Origin: Schmidtea nova
Taxonomy: Eukaryota
Length of the DNA: 64,000 nt
Direction of reading: 5' to 3'
Assembly: GCA_044892505.1 (NCBI GenBank)
Contig: CM097884.1
Location: 49,848,001 to 49,912,000 of the forward strand
The translations under genes were made by a program, and so were the position numbers. Positions 51,330 to 61,944 of the stretch are shown here, in pieces. How positions within the stretch are numbered: the stretch's first letter is position 1; each line of letters begins with the position of its first letter. The notes below the pieces were generated by a model that worked only from the letters and a program-made list of their open reading frames with translations, was not told where the DNA came from and did no database searches.

Positions 51330-51765
51330 TAGGTTCCATAATGATTGCCATGTCATTATGGAAAAATACTACTCGTTGACATATATTACTGTTACCCACC
51401 TCCTATGTCCCACCTGTAAACTTATCGAAATTTCCAGATATCTTGATTTCTTTAATAGGCACTGTAGCCATCTTTCGCAGTTTCAGCCTTCCAAGAAAAT
51501 TTTATGTAAGGAAATTTTTCCTAATTTTATTAATAACAACAACCAAATTATTCCTATAAATAACAATAATCTAAATAATAATCTAAATAATACAAATAAT
51601 CTAAATAATACAAATAATAATCATACAAATAATTTAAATAATATCAATAATACAAATAATACAAATAATACAAATAATTTAAATAATAATAAAAGAAAAC
51701 ATATTAAAATACCGGATTCAGTTCCTACTAAAATTCAAATAATAGATCTCACTGATGATGAATAA
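51330..51765 (+). CDS. Putative exon encoding a His/Cys motif, an Asn-rich tract and an IIDLTDDE tail
   Basis: Part of ORF 51268-51765. The acceptor TTTTTGCAACAG|T at 51329 is in phase 2 with the upstream 63-nt exon 50443-50505. Reads RFHNDC...LLCPTCK...HCSH, then N-rich repeats. Confidence 0.4.
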
Positions 51766-52959
51766 TTAGTCATCAGTGATGATGAAAATTTAAATAATAA
51801 TAATTTAAATAATATTAACCAAATAGGATATGGTGCCGTCGAGATCGTAAATGATCTAAATAATAATCATATAATTATTAAAATGGACGTTGAAAATTAA
51901 AATTTGAAATATATATAATAAATATATATAATTTACTTACAAAAAATTGGCGACCATAAATAAAAGATTTAACGGAATAGAGAAGTAATAGAATAGTAAT
52001 TTTTAGCTAACTGGTACTCAAATTTTAATTATTTATATCTATTATCCAAAAATTTATTATAAAATTTAAATAATTTTATTTAGCAGTATAAGGCCTGAAA
52101 ACGTAAAAGAACCAAAGCGGAAGCAAAGAGTAGGCCTATAGTGTGTCCTGGGACTAGGCCTGGTTCTAGGTATAGACCAGGACCAGAACCGGTTCTAATT
52201 CTAGACGAGGTATCTCGAACAACATAATTAATTTATTTATTCAATATATTATTATGTTATTGTAATTTTTAGTCCAAGTATAGCGGATGAATATGAAGAT
52301 CCTCTCTCTTGACCAAACATTACTCCGGTCTCTCAGCGAAATTAAATAATTAATATATTCAATAAATTATTATTTTATTGTATCTTTTAAGAAGTATAAG
52401 AATTATTAACATGAGACGAAATGAACGATTATAATGCCACCATCTATAATGACCAACAGAGAAATCAAAAAGACAACGAGTGGCTTCAAAGTAAAAAATA
52501 TTGCCTTTAATAATATTGTCTTTATATTTAGATTTAGTCGAAATTCTTCATGGAAAAAACAGATAGAACGGTAAATAAATAATTTTCCTTAATAAATATA
52601 TATAATTTACTTACAGAAAATTGGCGACCATAAATGAAAGATTTAACGCAATAGAGGGGAGATTTAACGGAAAAGAGTAGTAATATAATAATAATTTTTA
52701 GCTAACTGGTACTCAAATTTTAATTATTTATATCTATTATCGAAAATTTTATTATTAAATTTAAATATTTTTATTTAGTAATATAAGCCCTGATGACACG
52801 GACCTAATGAAACCTAATTATCCGGAGCCTGAACCGAAGTGTAAACGTTAGATTTATTCAATAAATTCTTTCAGAAATGTATCCAGTATTTATTTAAAAA
52901 GTATTCCAAATCACCATAATTTATTCAAAGATTTTATAAAAATTTAAACAAATGTTGCG

Positions 52960-53700
52960 ACAACCTTCAAATTTTTAATCAAACCATTTTATAGAAAATT
53001 AAAGTTTAAATTTACAATACTACAATAAAAATTCAATTAAGTTACTTTATATATGTTTGCAATGTAAAATTTAATTATTAATTGTATATGCAGCGGCGGA
53101 ACTACTGGACGCAGGACCCTGCGTTGCGGGGGGGCCTACCAGCTATAGGGGGTCCTCATATAAAAAAATTATACTCTCAATAATATTTATACTATAAAAC
53201 TCTTTTCCGCAGGTATAGTGGGCCCTAAAATATAAAACTTGGATAAAAAAAATGTCATCCATCGTATTAAAATATATTGTTCAAAAATTTATTTTTGTAT
53301 TGGAGTGCGTAGTTTACATTTAAACGAAAAGTTTTACCCTTTTTATTATTAACCTTTTTATTATCTATTTAATATGTGAAGCTTTATTTTTTTAAAAAAA
53401 AACATTCTTTTGCGGGGGGGCCCAAATTTTGAAGTTCCGCCACTGTGTATATGCAACTTAAAATTAATAACTTCTAATTTTGAATCAAACCATTTTATAG
53501 AAAATTAAAATTTATTTATACTCTATTACAATGAAAACTCAAAAATTACTTCATTTAGAAGAAAAACACAAAAATTAATAACAAAACACTTGTGCATCAC
53601 AAAATTCGACAAACCAATTTTCCAACCAAGCCATTTTGTAGAAAATTAATTTTTACACAAAATTTATTAGAATAAAAACTCAAAAAATGAACCCATTTTT
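52960..53700. repeat. ~143-bp tandem repeat, left part (resumes at 58600-58870)
   Basis: AATCAA(A/G)CCATTTTRTAGAAAATT recurs near 52977, 53484, 53626, 58669 and 58812. The period is 142-144 once the MITE is removed. Confidence 0.75.
53091..53445. mobile_element. hAT-type MITE (355 bp) with 8-bp TSD
   Basis: Termini CAGCGGCGGAACT / AGTTCCGCCACTG. TSD TGTATATG at 53083-53090 and 53446-53453. TTGCGGGGGGGCC subterminal motif at both ends. Confidence 0.95.
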
Positions 53701-54010
53701 TGGGAATCATCCCAAGGATGATGATCATTGTTAGTTATTGATTGATGAGGATCGGATGGGGGATCCCTGAGAGAAATAAAAGGTATAACGACAATCTAGT
53801 GATTAATGATGCACTGATCGTGATGAAATAAATTGATTAAAATTGAGTTAAAAACAAATCAACTCAGAATGAGCTGCAACTAGACCGTCCTACATAATAT
53901 ACTCAACAACCATAATACGACCAACTCATCAGACAGGTGAGGCCTACTTGAAAACAATCACTACTCGAGTAGGTTGACCAATGTATATATATATATATAC
54001 CTGATCAAAA

Positions 54011-54616
54011 TTGATGTCATGTGATTTCAATCAACCATTTTCCGTTCAGAGAGAAACGATGAAACAGGAAAAACTTTTGGATTCGCCATTAGTCTCGCCA
54101 CCCGCGACAAAGGAGGGTCATAAATCTCGAAGGAAGCGGCAGGCCCGATCTAGCCATCCGGTGATCAATTGTAATTATATGACCGAGATCCAAGGGGAGA
54201 AGGACGCTCCTCGACCAATCGCCGAGCTAGCGCGCAGACATTTGCGTCGATGGACACGACGGCACATGAACGTGGCCGCTAATGTTCCAGCCTGCACATT
54301 CCGAGTGCAATTGCGATGGGAGGGAGATGTAAATTGGCCGTCATCCTCTAGCCATACGGAGCAGAGACCCTCACGGTGGTTCTATCAATTCCTCGATGAA
54401 TCCGATCAACCACGATGGTTGTTAAGTTCAGGAGCTATGACCGGTCAATCGCTATATCAACTGGGATATCTGCTTCTGGACAGGCCTCGGTGTAGCGACA
54501 CTGGGGAAGTCCAATCCTACTCAAACACTCCCGGAAGCGTCACGTTGGATCCCCATCCGGAACCGAATGATCTCCGCTTGTGGGAGGTGTTCATACACCA
54601 AGGCAAGCTGAGCTAG
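54011..54616 (+). CDS. Unknown protein, ORF-A family (unit X2)
   Basis: 201-codon ORF downstream of CCAAT and a TATA-like run (53978-54000). RPSRWFYQFLDESDQPRWLLSS resembles the RPPF...DE...PRWLISS motif of 23537. The true start is uncertain. Confidence 0.5.
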   Translation: MMSCDFNQPFSVQRETMKQEKLLDSPLVSPPATKEGHKSRRKRQARSSHPVINCNYMTEIQGEKDAPRPIAELARRHLRRWTRRHMNVAANVPACTFRVQLRWEGDVNWPSSSSHTEQRPSRWFYQFLDESDQPRWLLSSGAMTGQSLYQLGYLLLDRPRCSDTGEVQSYSNTPGSVTLDPHPEPNDLRLWEVFIHQGKLS

Positions 54617-54910
54617 CACCCATCCCCGGAGCTATATCACGCAGACGGGACCCGACGAGACGATAATCCAGCTGACCAAGATTTACGATCTTTCTGTTAG
54701 AAGAGAGAATGTCGCACACAGAAAAATCAGGAGATTAAGTTAATCCTATGTCATAATTAAAATAAATGTCTGTTTGAAAAAGATTTCTTGTTTTGTTTTC
54801 TGAATGCATGTAACGAGTGGATGATTAAGGAGTAGTTGATTGATCATGAAGACACGAATAGAGAGACGAATAGATTTCCACTACATCAATTAACATCAAA
54901 TATTACAGAC

Positions 54911-55462
54911 ATGAACGTGGACAACACTCGAAACTATAAACAGGAGGCTCGGGAGCACAAGGCTCGCTCCAAGGTCCTAGAGAGCCGCTTACATCAGTTA
55001 AGTGAGGAGCACCAACGCGTGAAGACGACATGGTTCAACTCCGAGAGGGTCAAGGCCATCCTACAGGCGAGATATCGCGCGGAACAGGCAGCCGAAGAGC
55101 AAGCCAGAGAAGTCGCAGCATTAAAATTGGAACTGACCAATTATCTAAAAACCTCGACGCAGGAATTCATAACCGAGCAGTTACGCCCAATGATCAGGGC
55201 AAGTACGTTCAATAAGTGGATAAAGACAATAGCAGTCACCACCAGTACTCAAACCGAAACGGAGACAACCGCAACAGCGACTACTGAGTCGATAATGATA
55301 ACTCCGGAAGGCTCTAAGAGGATTTAACGTCGAAATCGCCTCGGAGCAAAGAAACGTCGAGAGCGTCGAGCCTATGCCGAACGTCTGGGCATTGAGGTCG
55401 ATCTACTCAGTGGACTCTCCGAACAAGAACTATTAAACGTGATCCGGCCATCTGTTCTGTTA
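54911..55462 (+). pseudogene. ORF-B family coiled-coil protein (unit X2) with one internal TAA at 55325-55327
   Basis: ATG lies 2 nt after TACAG. The frame beyond the stop (RRNRLGAKKRRERR...IEVDL) matches the C-terminus of 41360-41950 (KSKMGARQRRWKK...PEIDL). Confidence 0.75.
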
Positions 55463-55786
55463 ATTTATAAAAAAATGTATTCTCATTGAATGACTTGACT
55501 TGTTTGCTTGCGGTATGTTTGAGAATTAAATGTAAAGTAAAACCGATTCATTTGAGGCTACAGACACTCTAAAAGTTAAGTTTACCCTAGGACAATAAGA
55601 GAGCGTATAATTGGGACCGAAAGAAATCCACAAACACTTTCTATCGGTAGTGGTGGACCCGTGAATAAACAAGGGAATAGTAGCCGCAAGGTTGCTCACC
55701 TGTCTTGTCATTTCACAACGTTGACACAGCACCAACATGATGAGTAGTTAGGGATACATCATGGGTGTCAGCGGGGGAATGTTTTT

Positions 55787-56400
55787 ATGTTGGCGAGATC
55801 ACCCTAACGTTTAACATCTTAATGATCTCAGTTGTCCAGCAAACCAACACACCAGCAACATTAACAAAATAGCACACAGAATAAACAAGACATTAATAAA
55901 TAACGAGAACATTTAGAAATAATAAGTTGAAAAAAAATATTTAGGAAATAATTATTATAGATGAGTATAATTAAAACAAAAATAAAATGAGAAATCAATA
56001 AAGAAATGATAAAAGTATAAAATTAATCAGAAATTAGAAAAATAACAAGAATTAGGAAATTAAATGAAATTATAAAAGGAAATAATATAATAACAAATAA
56101 AACAAATAATACGATAAAATAAAATAAAATAAAATAATTGCATGAATTGGCCAATAAAAGGCTAACTTGATTCTGATTGGCTGTCTGAGCGCCGAATTTA
56201 CTATGTAAGGAAGCGCTCAGGTTAGCTCCGCAAGGTCATTTTTTACTAGTCAGTTGTACCACTTTAAAGGTCAACTTTACTTTAGCTTAATATCACACTG
56301 CGTAGTAATTATTAGTCGAAGGAATAAGACGTTTACCACAACACTCGGGACACGTATCTGGAAAACACTGAATTCTATTTGGAAAATCGTTGTAAGTAAT
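55787..56400 (+). promoter_or_regulatory. LTR-like promoter module between units X2 and X3
   Basis: Preceded by purine tract AGCGGGGGAA (about 55770-55779). TGTTGG start, A-rich tract, CTGATTGG at 56173, GTAAGT donor at about 56392. Confidence 0.5.
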
Positions 56401-57201
56401 TGAATTTTATTTATCAATACATTTTTATGATTACATGCTTTCGTTCTAAATCTCAGTACTGGATAGATAATGCGAGAGTCGGGACAATCACGCAGATTGT
56501 CGGCTCTCCGGGGAGATCTCTCTGTGTTCCGTGTCTCGGCACGGGGCGGAGATAGGTATCTCCGTAAAGGCCTTTTTATTAGTGAATGAGTGACGAGGGG
56601 CGAATGTCGGGGAAACGGGTAGCAGATTCCAGAATTCCGTGCGTTATACATTATCCTAAAAGAGAACCGTATGAATGCCAATTATTGACGGCACAGAATA
56701 TAAATACTATTGCGTCACCCACGATGTTGAGGTAGTAGGACATTAAAAACAAATCCAACCCTTCCGTTAAACAATTTTCAACTGATATCCTAAATATTAG
56801 CTTAAAAAATTCCACCAAAATCAGGTTATTAAAACTGCCATTTTTGAGTTTTCCGATCAGAGAAATTTTTATTCAACCAACCTAAACCATTAGAACTTAA
56901 TTCGACTTAAAATTCCTCCCCAACACTCCGTACAATTATCGTATGAGTAGAAGCACAAGAATCGCTGTCATTTCAATATCGGATCGGGTCGGGTCGGGTA
57001 AAACTTTCAATAGGTTGTGCAGGTTATTAATGTGCACCATCTAAATACTATATTCAAATCCAATACTATACTATATCCAAATGATATATTCAGGTTCTAG
57101 AAATATTTTACACGGGTCAACAGTTTCGAGGTCCGAAAGGAGAGTCTCCCAAGGTTAACGCATGTCCAACCAATCCGGGGTATCATAACAACCATCTAGT
57201 C

Positions 57202-57570
57202 ATGACAATGCCACTCAAGGAGATCCCAACCGAGTTGGCGCAGGAGATATTCACCGAACATCGTCAAGAGTTTGAAAGAACCGGAGCTGTCCCATCTTTT
57301 AGTCTATTCCGGGACAGCCCCGACGAAATAATATGGCATGGCAGTAAGAAGTGGCCGATCGATGAAGATCGACCTTACTCGCCCAGTTTGGCGAAATATT
57401 TTGTCGAAACCCCCACTGAAATACTTGGCCGGTTTCAGATTTACTTCAGCGGACGCTTCGTATTTGCTCCCGCTCCATCTCCCAATCCAACCGACTCTCC
57501 TATCAGTTCCTCAGCGTTGAGTGAGGATATCGAGGATTCCAGTGAAGTTAAATTAGATAACAATTATTGA
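57202..57570 (+). CDS. Unknown 122-aa protein, ORF-A family (unit X3)
   Basis: PSFSLFRDSPDEIIWHGSKKWPI aligns without gaps to PPFLIWSSGIDEIWWNGCPRWLI at 23537. Acidic, Pro/Ser-rich tail. Confidence 0.6.
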   Translation: MTMPLKEIPTELAQEIFTEHRQEFERTGAVPSFSLFRDSPDEIIWHGSKKWPIDEDRPYSPSLAKYFVETPTEILGRFQIYFSGRFVFAPAPSPNPTDSPISSSALSEDIEDSSEVKLDNNY

Positions 57571-57862
57571 TCCTGAATGTGCGTATCATCGATGTTTAGT
57601 AGTATAATATATCTTTAGTTTCGTTAACTATTCTTGTTCTGTGTTGTCTAAATTTGGTTTTATAAAGTAATAAATAGAGTAAATTGTAGTGTAGAAATTT
57701 GCAGAGTAGACCCGGACGAGGTATAGATGTCTGAAGTAAGTAAAGAGAAGTGAGCATAGAGTCGTTAAGGGCAAATAAGATGAAGTGTTGCATTCACTGG
57801 GAGTCATTGTTGTCAACCCGTAAATCGTGAGAGAAATTTAGAAGATTATCACATAGGAAGCA

Positions 57863-58231
57863 ATGTCAACCGAGGAAAAGGCACTATGGCGGTTGAAACG
57901 GAGACTCATCAGCATCGAGAGCAGTTATTTCACTCATGGCGGAATGAAGGCGGTCAAAGACAATTTACTAAGAGCAACCTAGGTCATCCAGGACCAACAG
58001 AGAGAATTGGAAGCGGTACAAATTGTACTGAAAAATTGTCGAAAAATTGTCATAACAGAGAAGTTCATTGCGGATAATTTGAAGGAATTAATTCTTCCTG
58101 TGACCCTGGAGAAATGGTTTCCCGCGCGAAATAAATCGGGAAGTACAGTCCTCAAGGCGACTAAAACAACCTCGCCGACCAAAAGGAAAAGACACACTCA
58201 CAGCGACGCAACCAGACTAAGCTTAGGTTGA
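57863..58231 (+). pseudogene. ORF-B family coiled-coil protein (unit X3) with one internal TAG at 57980-57982
   Basis: MSTEEKALWRLKRRLISIESSYFTHGGMKAVKDNLLRAT*VIQDQQRELEAVQIVLKNC...LKELILPVTLEKW. ATG lies 6 nt after CATAG. Confidence 0.7.
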
Positions 58232-59199
58232 CAAACGAACTAAATAAAGCTGCAGCCGAGATCGATTCAACCACAAATGCAACCAATGGGATCGATAATT
58301 CACTGTGGAATGTAAATTAATGTTATGAGAGTGAATGCGTGTATAATTGAGGATCCTTGTTGTTCTTCTTTGATAAAGTTCTATCATAGATTGATAGTAG
58401 TAGTGATTTCAGGGAAAATTGAATTTTATTGAGTAGGCTAATAAAGTGTTGTAATGCCGAGTACCTAAGACAATTTTTTTTTGAATATGGATTTAAGGGA
58501 CAAGAAAAGAGACTGAAAAAGACCACCCGGAAAGAGTGACCAGAGAAGGGTGAGGGGAAAGAGAATAAGACCTTCTATCGGCCAGTTAGAACCCGAACTA
58601 AAATTAATAACAAAAAATTAATAACAAAACACGTGTGTAACACGAAAAACGACAACTTTTAAATTTAGAATCAAGCGATTTTATAGAAATTTAAATTTTA
58701 TCTATACTTTATTACAATGAAAACTCAAAAAATTATTTTAAATAGCTAAAACTTACAAAATTAATAACAAAACACATGTACATCACAAAATACGACAATT
58801 TTCAGATTTTTAATCAAGCCATCTTGTAAACAATAAAATTCTGTCTATCTTTTGTTTCACTAAAAACTCAATCGGGCCGGTTAATCGACTCGAAAAAGGC
58901 ATTTAAGGTTTTGTAGTAGGAGGCTATCTTCTGTCTGCGCCAATATCCGCAAATGGGCATAATATATAATCGCTCGGGTTTACGTAGTACACGTTATTAC
59001 ATAATCATTGTAATTAAGTATATTTAATGAAACTCAATAATTATGTAATTACACATATAATTACGTAATTTTATATATTTGTTTAAGTTAAGTGAATTTT
59101 TGTTTTAATTAACTGGAATACTTGTTTTAATTAGATGACTTTTTTGTTTTAATTTAATAAAAATATGAAAATTTCATTTTAAATTTAATAAAAAATATG

Positions 59200-61567
59200 A
59201 GTTCACACATGCGACCCGTCGACATATTGTCTGCGGCCCATCACGATAGATTATTTAACATTTCAGTCAACCTTAATTTTTTTAAATAACTCGTAAATTA
59301 CCATATGTATTTCAAAAATTTACATCTACATTTCATATTGTTAAGACAAAATAAAATTTTTCATCATAACAGATGGTTACATGCATGTGCACGTGAAGTA
59401 ATCAGATACTTAGTAAAGAATCAGATAATTTTCGATTGAAGCAGCACAGCATCAGAAATACTTGCGTAACTCTAGTGATGTTCTACTTCAACAAACGCAT
59501 GTGCGTACCGTTTTGACGTGTCCTGACGTGTGAGGTTTTTTTGCGTTTATTAATCAATTTTCACTATTTTTCTATTCTTTCTTTTGTAATCAATTACGAA
59601 TTTTTCAAACCATTTAGCATGGAGAAAAATTGGTGAATTGAAGAAGAACATCGTAGTTTTCATGAAAATGGGAGGTACAATACTTTTTTATACAAGAACA
59701 AAATAAAATAATATGTCTGATATGTAGAAAATCTATTGCAATTTGCAAAGAATATAATATTAGAAGACACTACGAGACATCATAGCAAAGGTTATGACAA
59801 ATATATTGCGAAACTACGTGATGATAAATTGTCAGAATTAAAGTTGACACTTCAAAACAACAAAGTTATTTACCAAACCTGTTGAAGATAATACAGCTGC
59901 TGTAAAAATTAGTTATTTGTTATCAGATTTAATTGCAAGAAAGTGAAGACCGTTCACTGAAGGCGAATTTATCCATGAATGCATGATTAAAGCAGTGGAA
60001 GTGTTGTGTCCAGAACAATTAAAGAAATTCAAAAATATAAGCTTAACTCGAAATACGATTGCTAGCAGGGTTGATGATATAGCAGAATTTAAAAATTCAA
60101 TTAAAATCAACAATCCCATCAATTTGAGACCTATTCTATAGCAAGTGACGAAAGTACGGATGTGCAGAATACCGCTCAGTTGGCTATTTTTATTCGTGGA
60201 TGTGATGTGAATGTAAAAGTAAGTGAAGAGCTTTTAGAAATTGTTCCTATGCACGATATAACTACAGGAGTTGATATTTTTAACAAACTAATGGATGTTT
60301 TTATTGACTACAATTTATCGTAAAAAATCTAGTTTGTCTTGCAACTGACGATGCACCTGCCATGACTGGCAGTGTTAAAGGAGTCATTAAAAACTTAAAA
60401 GAAAAATGCAGAGAACAAGGTAATACTTATGTTCAACATTTTCATTGCATTATCCATAAACAAACATTGTGCTCCAAAGTTTTAAATATCGAGCATGTAC
60501 TAAAAATGTAGCTAAAATTGTGAATTACATTCGTGCACGCGGTCTTAATCATCGTCAATTTAGCAAGTTCCTAGAAGACATAGAAAATGAATTCACCGAT
60601 CTACCGTATTTCACGGAAATTCGTTGGCTTTCCAATCATAAAGTTTTGAAGCGTTTCTTCAAATTGCGGGAAGAAATATTATTTTTTTGGAATCGAAAAA
60701 TTATGAATGTGAAATAATAAAAGATGATCAATGGATAAAGGACATGGCTTTTTCAGTTGACATTACAAATCACCTCAGTCAGCTAAATCTTAAACTACAA
60801 GGCAAACATCATGTAGTTACTATTTTATTTGGCAATATCAATGTTTTCAAACAAAAATTAATTCTTTGGCAAAAACAGATACAAAATGAAATTTAATCTG
60901 ACTTTGAATGTTGCCAGTCATTATTACAAAAATCACCGGATCTCAAATTTTCAGAATATTCAAATCAAATTAAATTGTTAGAAAATGAATTCGAAAGAAG
61001 GTTTTTGGATTTCAAAGAATGTAAAACACGATTTCAACTATTTAATTCTCCTTTTCCATAGATGTTACAACTGTTGATGACATTTTACAATTGGAATTAA
61101 TAGAAATTCAATGCGATTCCATATTAAAACAGAAATATATGGAAGTTAGGATTCCAGATTTTTATATGTTATTTAACGGTCGACAGATTTCCCAATGTAA
61201 TGCATGCGATTATGCGTATATTATCAATGTTTGGTAGCACATATTTGTGAGAACCATTATTTTCAATATTAAAAAACAATAAAACTACAGAAAGATTGAG
61301 ATTAACAGACAAGCATCTGCAATCAACTTTAAAAATAAATGCAGCTCAACAAATTCAGCCAAATTTTGAAGATGTGGTTAATGAAAAACGTTCTCAAATA
61401 TCTTCAAAAAATGAATACGATGATTTTTTTTTGTACGATTGTTATTTAACAATTTCAGTATAATAAAAAATGGTTTCTCATACGTTGAGTTGTGTTTTTA
61501 CAGTGTGGCTTGCTTAATGTTCAATGCTTAATGTGGCCCTTGGTGGTAAACGAGTTTGACATGCCTG
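59200..61567 (+). mobile_element. Buster-group hAT transposon (GTF2IRD2/SPIN-like transposase pseudogene, about 59619-61445)
   Basis: YFF...CLICRKSIAICKEYNIRRHYET, DESTDVQNTAQLAIFIRG, TDDAPAM, HCIIH, TEIRWLS, FGSTYL...FS. Right TIR CGAGTTTGACATGCCTG ends at 61567 and is followed by GTGTAGAT (nnnTAnnn). The left TIR tip is missing. Confidence 0.92.
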
Positions 61568-61944
61568 GTGTAGATGTTGGACTATGATAAGAAATTAAAA
61601 ATTTTGTTGTGCCCCACTGATAACCCGGAAAACAGCATGTAAAGATTTTAAATATGATATGTCTTAATGAGTAATATATAGTTAAAACAAAGGGGAAATA
61701 GACAAATGATAATTAAATAAATAGACCACCAAAAATAAATTTTATAATATAAATTGATCATGGCGTCCAAACTCGCGTATTTAATTAATAACGCAAATGT
61801 TGGTATTTAAGCTATTAAATATGAAATTTTATATGGCTACAGTTACTAAAATTTGTTGGATTGACACGAGTGAAGTTTTTTGATTGTTTTTATGCGTCAA
61901 AATAGACATGTAATTGACAGAAGTCAATTTAAAGATCACGATGT

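Larger units (their letters stand above)
44054..52851 (+). repeat. Tandem array of about 11 units of 654-697 bp, each a five-exon phase-2 cassette; 2026-bp higher-order repeat; terminal exon 52779-52851
   Basis: Unit starts (AAATTGGCGA) near 44055, 44731, 45385, 46060, 46757, 47411, 48086, 48783, 49437, 50113, 51944 and 52618. In unit 3 the exons are 60, 141, 57, 90 and 39 nt, separated by GT-AG introns of 102, 50, 49, 41 and 46 nt. Confidence 0.85.

Noticed and set aside
40009-57912. Hammerhead ribozymes at CTGATGA motifs (about 40009, 52790, 53925 minus, 57906 minus)
   Set aside because: No stem II plus GAAA and stem III/UH arrangement on the same strand could be built by eye.
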